From: Candidatus Cloacimonadales bacterium
GTDB taxonomy: Bacteria > Cloacimonadota > Cloacimonadia > Cloacimonadales > WRIO01
Direction of reading: 5' to 3'
DNA: 64,000 nt
Assembly: GCA_041654875.1 (NCBI GenBank)
Contig: JBAZCP010000001.1
Coordinates: forward strand, 16,408 to 80,407
The position numbers and the translations under genes were made by a program. Under the pieces are notes generated by a model that was not told the DNA's origin, made no database searches, and saw only the letters and a list, made by a program, of their open reading frames with translations. Below, piece by piece: positions 8,126-16,816 of this stretch (positions within the stretch are counted from its first letter, which is position 1; each line of letters starts with the position of its first letter).

Positions 8126-8674
8126 TTATGTTTTTTTTATATAGTCTTTTTTTAAAAGACTATAAATATTTACGTTAGTATATCCATTTAATAAAAGCTC
8201 ATCATCTTTTAAAGTTGCTTCTAATATAAAACCACATTTTTCAGCAACTCTGATTGAAGCTATGTTGTTAACGCTTGTTTTAATAATTATTTTGTTATTA
8301 TTGTATTTTTCGAAGGCTATCTCAATTAGTTTTGTTACACATGCTGATGCAATACCTTTTTGTGCATAATCCCTATCAATCCAATACATAATTTCAGATT
8401 TATTGTTTATTGTGTCGATATTTTTTAGTCCTGCTACTCCAATCATATCTTTTCCCCAAAATATTGCTGTCCTGAACCCTTTTTGATTGACATATTCACT
8501 TTCAAAAATTTCAATAACTTTTTTTGCTTTATATAAAGATTTTGTTTCTAATATTCTTGGCATAAATTCAGTTAAATACGTTTTATTCTTTTTTATCAAT
8601 TTAAAAAATTCTTCAGCATCTTTTTGTTCAAATAATCTTAATATGAGATTATTTGAGATAGTTATGAAATTCAT
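8126..8674 (-). CDS. GNAT-family N-acetyltransferase (RimJ/RimL-like)
   Basis: 182 aa. The IDRDYAQKGIASACVTKLIEIAF segment resembles the acetyl-CoA-binding Q/RxxGxG/A motif. GGAG RBS. Confidence 0.65.
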   Translation of the reverse strand: MNFITISNNLILRLFEQKDAEEFFKLIKKNKTYLTEFMPRILETKSLYKAKKVIEIFESEYVNQKGFRTAIFWGKDMIGVAGLKNIDTINNKSEIMYWIDRDYAQKGIASACVTKLIEIAFEKYNNNKIIIKTSVNNIASIRVAEKCGFILEATLKDDELLLNGYTNVNIYSLLKKDYIKKT

Positions 8675-8685
8675 TTTTTCTCCAC

Positions 8686-9681
8686 TTATAAATATTTTGT
8701 AAATACTGGCATTAATATTCTGCCTCCGCCAAATTTGTTTTTAAAATCCATTAAGCCTTCATTTATAAAGTTTCCATTATCTTCAGTTGATGAACCGAAA
8801 CTAAAGTATTTTGATTTTTCATTTACTGCAAGCTGTAATATTTTATGAATAAGATAAATATTTGGACTTCGAGAAACGAGCTCATAGTTTACATCTAAGT
8901 ATTGAGAGTGCATTATATTCTTAAACCTATATATAAGTGCAAATGCAGCATATTTGCTTTCTAAATAAATACTATAAGGCAATATTGATTCGGGGAATTT
9001 ATCTATAAGTTCGTTTATTTCTGACAATGAGTGAGTAGATGAAACATTGTATTTGTATTGAAGGTTTTTGATTAAGTGTGTCCAAATTTGTTCGCTTACT
9101 TTTTTATCCTTTACTATTTTAAATTTATATTTTCTTTGAAAGCTTCGAACAGATGCTCTTCTACTTGTGTTATATGTAGCCATTAAGTCTGCTTCAGTGC
9201 TCCTTTTTGCTAAATCAATAACATTAGATATAGCATTAAAACCTGCTTTAAAGCCATGCTTTAAAAGTAAGTAAGCGATTTCCTCGGATGGTTGTGTTGT
9301 ATAAATTGTAGGTTGTGTTTTTAATATAATGGTTTTATATCGATTTTTATAATAAGATAAAATATGTTGTAAAAGAACATCTATTTCTCTAATAGATTGA
9401 TTAATCATAAAAATTGGGCCAGCAAAAGTAGTGCCAGGATGAGATATTATTGTTTCTTTATCATTTGGCCTAGCAGCTGCCATAAATACCGTTTTTATTT
9501 TTTTAGTATGAACATCATTTATTACAATAGAATCATCAATAAATCTATCTTGTGGATGATAAGCCAAGTAGTTAGTTGTGTTGATAAATTCACCATTACT
9601 GAGTGTGTGAAGAATAAATTCGTCTACTTGTTTACGATCGATGTCATTTAATTCACTAATTCTAAATATTTTTAAATTCAA
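8686..9681 (-). CDS. FemAB-family-like (Acetyltransf_6 / peptidoglycan-bridge-type) acyl or aminoacyl transferase
   Basis: 331 aa. C-terminal GLMDFKNKFGGG resembles the G-x-x-x-FK-x-x-FGG signature I recall from FemABX/MurM enzymes. TTG start preceded by AAGGAGGG. Confidence 0.5.
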   Translation of the reverse strand: MNLKIFRISELNDIDRKQVDEFILHTLSNGEFINTTNYLAYHPQDRFIDDSIVINDVHTKKIKTVFMAAARPNDKETIISHPGTTFAGPIFMINQSIREIDVLLQHILSYYKNRYKTIILKTQPTIYTTQPSEEIAYLLLKHGFKAGFNAISNVIDLAKRSTEADLMATYNTSRRASVRSFQRKYKFKIVKDKKVSEQIWTHLIKNLQYKYNVSSTHSLSEINELIDKFPESILPYSIYLESKYAAFALIYRFKNIMHSQYLDVNYELVSRSPNIYLIHKILQLAVNEKSKYFSFGSSTEDNGNFINEGLMDFKNKFGGGRILMPVFTKYL

Positions 9682-9704
9682 AGTCCCTCCTTATATAGGT
9701 TGCT

Positions 9705-10796
9705 TTAATATTTATTTATTATCCAAATAATATAATCAATCTCACTATCTAATAACCCTTCAAATAGAGGTAAGCTAATAATAGTATCACAATATTCTTC
9801 TGTGATTGGGAAGTCTCCTTTTTTAAAACCTAAATGACTATAAGCTAATGAAAGGTGTGGAGGTAAGGGGTAATGAATTTGGGTACAGATTCCATTTTTT
9901 GCTAAATACTCTTGAAGTTGGTTTCTCTGCTTTGTTTTTATTACAAATAAGTGCCATACATGATCTGAGCCAGCTCTAATTCGAGGCAATGCTATCTTGC
10001 TATTTTTAATTTCATTTAAATATCTTTGTGCGATATGTTCTCGTTCTTTTCTTAGTTCATCATAATGTTTTAATTTTACAGATAACAACGCAGCTTGTAT
10101 TTCGTCAAGTCTGGAATTTGTTCCCAGTAATTCGTTTTGATATTTAACTTTACTTCCATAATTCCGCAGCATTTTTATTTTTTCATAATGTTGTGGGTTG
10201 TTGGTGATTATGGCACCACTGTCTCCAAATGCACCGATATTCTTAGTTGGATAAAAACTAAAACAGCCAATATCTCCCCAAACACCAGTTGTTTTACTTT
10301 TAAACATTGCACCATGACTTTGAGCACAGTCTTCTATAAGGTATAAATTGTGTTTGCAGGCCAATGCTTTGATTTTTTTAATATTAGCAGATTGTCCATA
10401 TAAATGAACTGCAAGTATTGCTTTTGTTTTATTATTAAGTTTATTTTCAATTGAATCAACATCAATATTATGATACTCGTCTGGTTCGACAAAAATTGGT
10501 TTAGCACCATTGTTTGTTATACCTAAAATAGATGCGATATATGTATTTGCTGGTACAATTACTTCATCTCCAACACCTATATCTAATGCTTTAAAAGCCA
10601 GAGTTAAAGCATCCAAACCAGAATTTAAACCAACACAGTACTTGGCACCACAAAAAGAAGCAAACTCTTTTTCAAATTCTGCAAGTTTGTTACCCAGTAT
10701 GTATATACCAGATTCAAGTGTAGATATTGCAGCTTGATCATATTCTGTTTTATACTTACGGTAACCTCTATCTAATTGATTGAATTTAATATTCAT
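9705..10796 (-). CDS. DegT/DnrJ/EryC1/StrS-family PLP sugar aminotransferase (FdtB/QdtB-like dTDP-3-oxo-6-deoxyhexose transaminase)
   Basis: 363 aa. CFSFYPTKNIGAFGDSGAIITN (PLP lysine) and DCAQSHGA motifs. Sits next to the 3,4-ketoisomerases. Confidence 0.85.
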   Translation of the reverse strand: MNIKFNQLDRGYRKYKTEYDQAAISTLESGIYILGNKLAEFEKEFASFCGAKYCVGLNSGLDALTLAFKALDIGVGDEVIVPANTYIASILGITNNGAKPIFVEPDEYHNIDVDSIENKLNNKTKAILAVHLYGQSANIKKIKALACKHNLYLIEDCAQSHGAMFKSKTTGVWGDIGCFSFYPTKNIGAFGDSGAIITNNPQHYEKIKMLRNYGSKVKYQNELLGTNSRLDEIQAALLSVKLKHYDELRKEREHIAQRYLNEIKNSKIALPRIRAGSDHVWHLFVIKTKQRNQLQEYLAKNGICTQIHYPLPPHLSLAYSHLGFKKGDFPITEEYCDTIISLPLFEGLLDSEIDYIIWIINKY

Positions 10797-10800
10797 TAAT

Positions 10801-12366
10801 TTATCGCACCTTTCTTTTAAAATACAACCTTAATAGCGATGATAGAAAAAATTTCGGTCTTACTATTACGTATAATGTTATTGTTATAAAAAAATCTGTT
10901 TTATTTTTTACAGACAAACTTAACCAATGCTTTTTGATTATATTATAGTAATCGGTGAAAGCGTCATTTTGGTTTATTCTTATTGAGTTTACTTCATAGT
11001 CATCAAAAAAGTATTGTGTTTTATTTGTACTAATTGAGTGTATCTTGGGGAGTTTAATGGCTTTTCTATAAGCTTCATTTAAAAATATTATCCAGCCATC
11101 TTCTAAATGGTATTTTGATATGCTTGAATAACACTGTTCCGAATAGGCTAAATATTCTTTTTTATTGCTGATTAAATGTGCAATTCTTTCTTCTAATTCA
11201 TGAAAACTACTAAACTTAAATTTTATATTATTTAATGCGATGTCATCAATACTATATGGATCATTATTATTGTTTATGCTAAATATTGGAACTCTGTATT
11301 TTGCTGCATCAAGAAGTGATGTCAATGAACTTATAGGATAAGAATCTACATAAAAGTCGGATGCTATGTAATATAGGCAAATATTATTTTTCCCCCCTAT
11401 TGCATTCACTTTATAATTAGAATTTATATATAAGTCTTGCCAGAACTTAGTTGATTTATCAGGACCTACAACTATGATTTTTATGTTATCATATCTATTT
11501 GATAATGAGAGAAATAATTCATTAATTCCTCTTCCTTCTATTGGTATGTATTTATGCGTAGAAGCAACAGAAAAAACAATAATGTCATCTTGATTTATTT
11601 TTAATATTTGTCTTGCTTCATGTTTTTTAATAGTTTCTTTTTTTTGTAATGGTATCGGAAGTATGTACTGGTTTGTTTCAGGTATGTTTCTTTTTTGTTT
11701 AGATAGGGTTTTACCAGTTTCCCTGATTTCTAATATGAGATTTGTTATGTTTCTACCTACCCAAAAGCTATGATCTGCATGATTTAAAAGCATAATAGGT
11801 CTTTTAAACTTTGATAAGGCAATAGAAGGAATTACGTCATAATGGTGAATATGTAAGACAATTGCATCATAGTTTGTGGCTATATTATAAAGCATTTTTG
11901 CTCTAGATAAAATATCTTTTTTATCATTTTTTAAAAAATATAACTTTGCACCAAGTTTGTTGAAAAAATAAATAAGTTCTTTCGATGTGCAATTTTGAGT
12001 TTGGTTTGTTATTACCAAATCATTTTTTAAAATGTTGCTATAGCTAAACCAATTTTGAAGTATCCTATTGTGCCCACCTATTGTGTTAATTTCAGTTGCA
12101 ATATGCAAAACATTTCTAATACGATCTGAAGGAGGCAAGTCTCTACAGGTGACATGAGATAATGATATTTCTTGTAATGCATTTTCAATTTCATGAGAGT
12201 AATACAACCCAAAATTGTTTTTATGAGCAAGGTGGCATGTTATTTGGAAAAAAACAGCAGCTTGCTCATCATTTTTATCTAAATACGAAAAAGCTTTTTT
12301 TTGCGTTTTATCAAACAGTTTTATTCTTTTTTCATACTCTTTTTGAACTCTTTTACCTTTATACAT
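10801..12366 (-). CDS. Hypothetical protein, possible GT-B-fold glycosyltransferase
   Basis: 521 aa. VLHIATEINTIGGHNRILQNW and VLHIHHYDVIPSIAL...LLNHADHSFW resemble N-terminal GT-B motifs. No confident family call. Confidence 0.35.
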   Translation of the reverse strand: MYKGKRVQKEYEKRIKLFDKTQKKAFSYLDKNDEQAAVFFQITCHLAHKNNFGLYYSHEIENALQEISLSHVTCRDLPPSDRIRNVLHIATEINTIGGHNRILQNWFSYSNILKNDLVITNQTQNCTSKELIYFFNKLGAKLYFLKNDKKDILSRAKMLYNIATNYDAIVLHIHHYDVIPSIALSKFKRPIMLLNHADHSFWVGRNITNLILEIRETGKTLSKQKRNIPETNQYILPIPLQKKETIKKHEARQILKINQDDIIVFSVASTHKYIPIEGRGINELFLSLSNRYDNIKIIVVGPDKSTKFWQDLYINSNYKVNAIGGKNNICLYYIASDFYVDSYPISSLTSLLDAAKYRVPIFSINNNNDPYSIDDIALNNIKFKFSSFHELEERIAHLISNKKEYLAYSEQCYSSISKYHLEDGWIIFLNEAYRKAIKLPKIHSISTNKTQYFFDDYEVNSIRINQNDAFTDYYNIIKKHWLSLSVKNKTDFFITITLYVIVRPKFFLSSLLRLYFKRKVR

Positions 12367-12396
12367 AGAATACCTTCTAATTTCAATTATTAAAAA

Positions 12397-13281
12397 TCAT
12401 TTAACATAAGTTCGCAATATAAACCTTTTATAAAACTCAGCTTCAAACCAAAATCTAAAGTACCAGATGATTAAAAAGATGATATTGACTTTTCTGTAGT
12501 TCCTGTAATAATACAATTTTGCTTTTCTCCCCATTTTGAGAATATTTCGCTCTTTATAGAATTTACTTGTGGTTAGTCGGTGTTTGTGGATAACATGTAT
12601 ATTTGTGAGGTATTTTAGTTTTTTATTTGCTTGATAAATCTTTTCACCAAGAATATATTCTTCTCCATACATAAAAAGTGCTTCATCAAAATACCCGATT
12701 TTCTTAAAAAAAATAGAGTTTATCAAAAAGCAGCATCCTGAACCCATTAATATCTTGTCTTCAAAACCTTCAGACTTTTTTCGTGATTTTACAGCATTAT
12801 TAAGTGGGATCAAAATAAAATCAAAAGTATCATAGAAAATATTGCGCCTATTAAATAATATAGGCTTTTCAGGCATATTGTTAGAGTCTAATATCAAAGG
12901 GCATGATACAACGTATTCGTTGTTGTTTTCTAGTGGTACTACAAGGTTTTTTAACAGGTTTTTATTTGGGAATTCTAGATCATTGTTCATTATTGCTGTG
13001 TACTTTGCTCCAACTTCATATGCTTTTTTAGCTCCGATGTTATTGCCGTAAGAATACCCTCCATTTTTATCTGATTCGATTAAATAAATATCAAATAGAT
13101 ACTCGTTTGAATTAGTAAACTTTAGAAGTTCATGATAAGAATTGTTGGGAGACTTATTATCAACTATAACAACAAAAAAATTGTCATAATCTAGATCAGT
13201 TAATGAGTTTACAAGGTTGACGGTAAGTTGATAGGTAACATAGTTTAAAATAACTATACCTATTTTAGGGTATTTTTTCAT
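12397..13281 (-). CDS. Family 2 glycosyltransferase
   Basis: 294 aa. KIGIVILNYVTY...VIVDNKSPNNS and a DxD-like NNDLEF are typical of GT2 (rhamnosyltransferase-like). Confidence 0.75.
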   Translation of the reverse strand: MKKYPKIGIVILNYVTYQLTVNLVNSLTDLDYDNFFVVIVDNKSPNNSYHELLKFTNSNEYLFDIYLIESDKNGGYSYGNNIGAKKAYEVGAKYTAIMNNDLEFPNKNLLKNLVVPLENNNEYVVSCPLILDSNNMPEKPILFNRRNIFYDTFDFILIPLNNAVKSRKKSEGFEDKILMGSGCCFLINSIFFKKIGYFDEALFMYGEEYILGEKIYQANKKLKYLTNIHVIHKHRLTTSKFYKERNILKMGRKAKLYYYRNYRKVNIIFLIIWYFRFWFEAEFYKRFILRTYVK

Positions 13282-13315
13282 TTTTAAGTCTCCTGGTTAA
13301 AAAGGTAATTGACAA

Positions 13316-14428
13316 TCATAATGAAGTGTAAAACGCTTTATATTTCTCTGCAATAATTTGCCAATCGAATACTGCTAAACTATCACTACAGTTTTTGGAA
13401 ATTACACTATAATTATTTATTATATCTTTTATTCTTATGGCAATTTCATTATAGTTTAAAGCTTGCACTGAATATCCAACGAATCCATTTTCAAATAGCC
13501 CATCAAAGCCTTGTCCTTTTGAATATATAATAGGCAAGCCTTGGCTCATAGCTTCTGGATAAACCAAACCAAAGGATTCTTTGATTGAAGGTACGACGCA
13601 GATGTCATTTTGTCTGTATATTTTTAGTAGTTCTTCTTTTGGTTGTGTCTTTATGTGTTTAAAATTTACATACTTGCTTATCTTAGTTAAAATATTATAA
13701 TTAACTACATTTCCGACAGCTGTATAATTGACTTTCAATCCTTGTTGCTGAAGTATGTCAATTGCTTTTGCGGTACTAAGTAGGTTTTTATTATTATTGA
13801 TGTTGCCTACATGAAGAATGTTGATATGTTGATTGTCTTGTAGTTTTTTACCTGTACAAGAGTTATTATGCCAAAATTGATCAATTCCACTTGGAAGAAC
13901 AATAGATTTTTTTAAGATTGCTTCTTTTTGAGTTTTAGGCACAAACTTTTTTATTAAAAAATCTTTATATGCATTAGATAAAAAGACAATTCCATCAGCT
14001 TTTTCAAGGATTTTTATACCAGTTTTACGTAAATGGAACATCCATTTAATAATAAAATTAATGTCATAGTTTCTAACTGTAACAACATATGGGATATTGT
14101 ATATCTCTTTTAATTTGAAGGCAGTATAACCATTATCAAATAGAAAATGTGCATGAAGAAAATTGTAATCGTTTATATTAAATTTTTCTTGTATATCATC
14201 AAAAATCAATTTATGTTTACGAGTAAAAATTAATCTATCAAAATTGCCAAAACATTGTGATGATAGAACTCTATTGTTATTATAAACATTTGGTCCCAAG
14301 ACGATTGGCAAATCGCTTCTCAATGGCACATACGTAAAAACATCTAGCCCTGTGTTTAAAAGAGAGCTTTGTAAGCCTGTATGTACAGCTGAAGAAAAGA
14401 AGCCCGAATTAATGTTTAAGATTTTCAT
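13316..14428 (-). CDS. Family 4 (GT-B) glycosyltransferase
   Basis: 370 aa. E-x7-E motif ESFGLVYPEAMSQGLPIIYS. Confidence 0.8.
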   Translation of the reverse strand: MKILNINSGFFSSAVHTGLQSSLLNTGLDVFTYVPLRSDLPIVLGPNVYNNNRVLSSQCFGNFDRLIFTRKHKLIFDDIQEKFNINDYNFLHAHFLFDNGYTAFKLKEIYNIPYVVTVRNYDINFIIKWMFHLRKTGIKILEKADGIVFLSNAYKDFLIKKFVPKTQKEAILKKSIVLPSGIDQFWHNNSCTGKKLQDNQHINILHVGNINNNKNLLSTAKAIDILQQQGLKVNYTAVGNVVNYNILTKISKYVNFKHIKTQPKEELLKIYRQNDICVVPSIKESFGLVYPEAMSQGLPIIYSKGQGFDGLFENGFVGYSVQALNYNEIAIRIKDIINNYSVISKNCSDSLAVFDWQIIAEKYKAFYTSL

Positions 14429-14482
14429 AATAAATTTCTTTGTAATATTTACTTTAATAATAACATAGGAAAGACATATGCC

Positions 14483-16804
14483 TTATGTTTTCATCACAAT
14501 ACTACATATATTATCAGTTGCGTCAGCATAGTTGATGTTGTTAATTAGTTGTTTGCAGGTACTTAATCTAATGCCTTTATGAGGGTCATTGCCTGCTATT
14601 AATTCATTTATTGCATTTTTAATTTCAAAGAGTGAATTAGTTTGAAAGCCAATGCCTCTAAACGTGTATTCTATATCGTTAGGATTAAAATTGGCATATT
14701 TATACCAATTTGGATTATTGAACAAGACAACAGGCTTATCCAGAGATGCAAACTCAAACATAGCTGAAGAAACATCGGTGATCATGATATCAGCAATAGT
14801 TATGTATGGTGCTAAATCTAAATCTTCAATATATATAACTCTATTGTCATTTTTAGCTAATTCAATATACATGTTTTTATATACTTGATTTGTTGAGCCA
14901 TGTAGTTTGATTAATAATATTGTTTTGTCGTCTGTGATGATATCATTTATACGATTCATTACAAAAGGTATCGTTGATAGCTCATCATTAAAAGTGGGGG
15001 CAAAGAGGATATATTTGCAGTCAAGTGGCAGGTTCATTTGTCTAAGCAAAATCTCTTTTTGATAAGTGCCATTATATAATGCATCGAGTTTTGCCATGCC
15101 TGTAATGATAACAGGTTTACTGATGATTTTTCTCAATATGCTTGCATGGTACTCTCCAGGTACACAAACAATATCTGCATGCTCTTCTCTTTTTGCTATC
15201 TCTGTATCGGTATAATATTGTCCTTTGCTCAAAATACCATGGCCTATGTGTATAAGCTTGCCACAATTCTGAACCCAAGGATAAACAGAGTCTGCTATTA
15301 TTGTGATATCTGGATTAAAATCTTGAGGTATATTATAAATGGGGATATTATAAGATTTTATTATCTCGAATTCTTTGGGAGTGAAGCCTGCTCTTATATC
15401 TGGTGAGTATTGCATACAACTGATAGCTAAATCGACTGTATCTTTTAATTCGATTAATTTGTCTTTGATAGGTTTTAAAATCGGAATATGAACGTTTTTA
15501 AAGTAATACAATAAAACTTTTTTCTTTTTTCGATCAATTGAATTTTGTTTAATAAGCTTGAGCTCTTTTAGATTATAAAGCTTTAAGTAGTCTATTACAT
15601 CTTGCTCAATACTTCTAACAGGTTTAATATTCTTTGTTAAGTTGCTCAGTAAAGATGAGTCATTTAAAACACAGTTTAGGCAATTATAAAGACCGTGTAC
15701 ATCACCAGCTTGAAAAACCAAACCATCTACTCCATCTCTGACAGCTTCTGGTATTGCTCCCGCATCACTGGCAATAACAGGCGTTTTAGACATAAACGAC
15801 TCTCTTACTAGCCTCGAATAGCTTTCCATTAACGATGGTATAACTGTAATATCGAATGTAGAAAAGATTTTTGGAAGCTGGTCGGGGTGATATGGGCCAA
15901 AGTATTTAATGTTGTTCGCAGTCGAAGCTTTGGTTAAGATACTGTCCAAATATAAATTATCATCACTACCTCCATATATGTGAAGTTCTGCTTGTTCTTG
16001 TGGTATTTTTTGAAATGCTTTGATAAGATGGTTTAGACCTTTAACTTTTGTTACTCTTCCTGCATAACCAAATACAAATTTATTGTTGATTTTTTTGGTA
16101 TAAACTTTTTGTGGAGTAAAGCCAGATGGAATAATTTGAATGTCGTTAAACCCAAAGCTATTGAAAACGTTTTTTAAAAACTTACTTCTTACAACTCGTG
16201 CATCCAAGAGTTTGAACATCTGTAAGTTGTACTTATGCCTCAAATCTTTATATTTTTGTATAGCAGCAATAAAATCCTGTGTAACTGTTCCATGTGTATA
16301 ATGTTTAATATAGCAGTTTGCACATTTGTTTATGGATTCTGGTCCTGAGCAAATATTTTGACTTGGATCTATCAAATGCCATTCTTCACAAATAAGCCAG
16401 CTATCACAAATTGTCATAATTGTTTTAATTTCATTTTTCTTAGCTATCTCTATTGGCACAGCAGAAAGCTGTCCTAAACCGTGTATGTGTACTAAGTCAT
16501 ATTTGTTCTGCATCAATAAACTATTAAAAGAATTTGCAACAAGTTCGTTTTGAAGATTGTCTGGATTGTAATTTTGTGCTGATTTATACAATTTGTGTAC
16601 CTTTAAACCATTAAATGAGGCTGTTACTAAAGTACCGGACGGATATTCCAAATCGCCTGGTCTAAAGACTGGGTGAAAAATTTCTACGTTAGCTAAACCT
16701 GTTTTATTGATTGCAAGTGCTAAATTCATAGCATAAAGCTGGGCACCTGCATATTTATATGGTGGAAAATCATGACATACAAACAGAATGTTATATTTTG
16801 ACAT
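14483..16804 (-). CDS. Bifunctional GT4 glycosyltransferase / CDP-glycerol glycerophosphotransferase (TagB/TagF-like) fusion
   Basis: 773 aa. N-terminal half has ESYSRLVRESFMSKTPVIASDAGAIPEAV (E-x7-E). C-terminal half has ILFAPTFNDE, IKLHGS and MITDVSSAMFEFASLDKPVVLFN, typical of Glyphos_transf. Confidence 0.7.
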   Translation of the reverse strand: MSKYNILFVCHDFPPYKYAGAQLYAMNLALAINKTGLANVEIFHPVFRPGDLEYPSGTLVTASFNGLKVHKLYKSAQNYNPDNLQNELVANSFNSLLMQNKYDLVHIHGLGQLSAVPIEIAKKNEIKTIMTICDSWLICEEWHLIDPSQNICSGPESINKCANCYIKHYTHGTVTQDFIAAIQKYKDLRHKYNLQMFKLLDARVVRSKFLKNVFNSFGFNDIQIIPSGFTPQKVYTKKINNKFVFGYAGRVTKVKGLNHLIKAFQKIPQEQAELHIYGGSDDNLYLDSILTKASTANNIKYFGPYHPDQLPKIFSTFDITVIPSLMESYSRLVRESFMSKTPVIASDAGAIPEAVRDGVDGLVFQAGDVHGLYNCLNCVLNDSSLLSNLTKNIKPVRSIEQDVIDYLKLYNLKELKLIKQNSIDRKKKKVLLYYFKNVHIPILKPIKDKLIELKDTVDLAISCMQYSPDIRAGFTPKEFEIIKSYNIPIYNIPQDFNPDITIIADSVYPWVQNCGKLIHIGHGILSKGQYYTDTEIAKREEHADIVCVPGEYHASILRKIISKPVIITGMAKLDALYNGTYQKEILLRQMNLPLDCKYILFAPTFNDELSTIPFVMNRINDIITDDKTILLIKLHGSTNQVYKNMYIELAKNDNRVIYIEDLDLAPYITIADIMITDVSSAMFEFASLDKPVVLFNNPNWYKYANFNPNDIEYTFRGIGFQTNSLFEIKNAINELIAGNDPHKGIRLSTCKQLINNINYADATDNICSIVMKT

Positions 16805-16816
16805 TATTAAAGCCTC

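Noticed and set aside
12162-12368. Short plus-strand ORFs antisense to the glycan-operon genes (for example 8487-8702, 9397-9651, 10137-10346, 12162-12368, 14652-14888, 17276-17611, 20037-20330)
   Set aside because: All are embedded antisense in longer motif-bearing minus-strand CDSs that are tightly stacked. This is typical spurious ORF formation in low-GC DNA.
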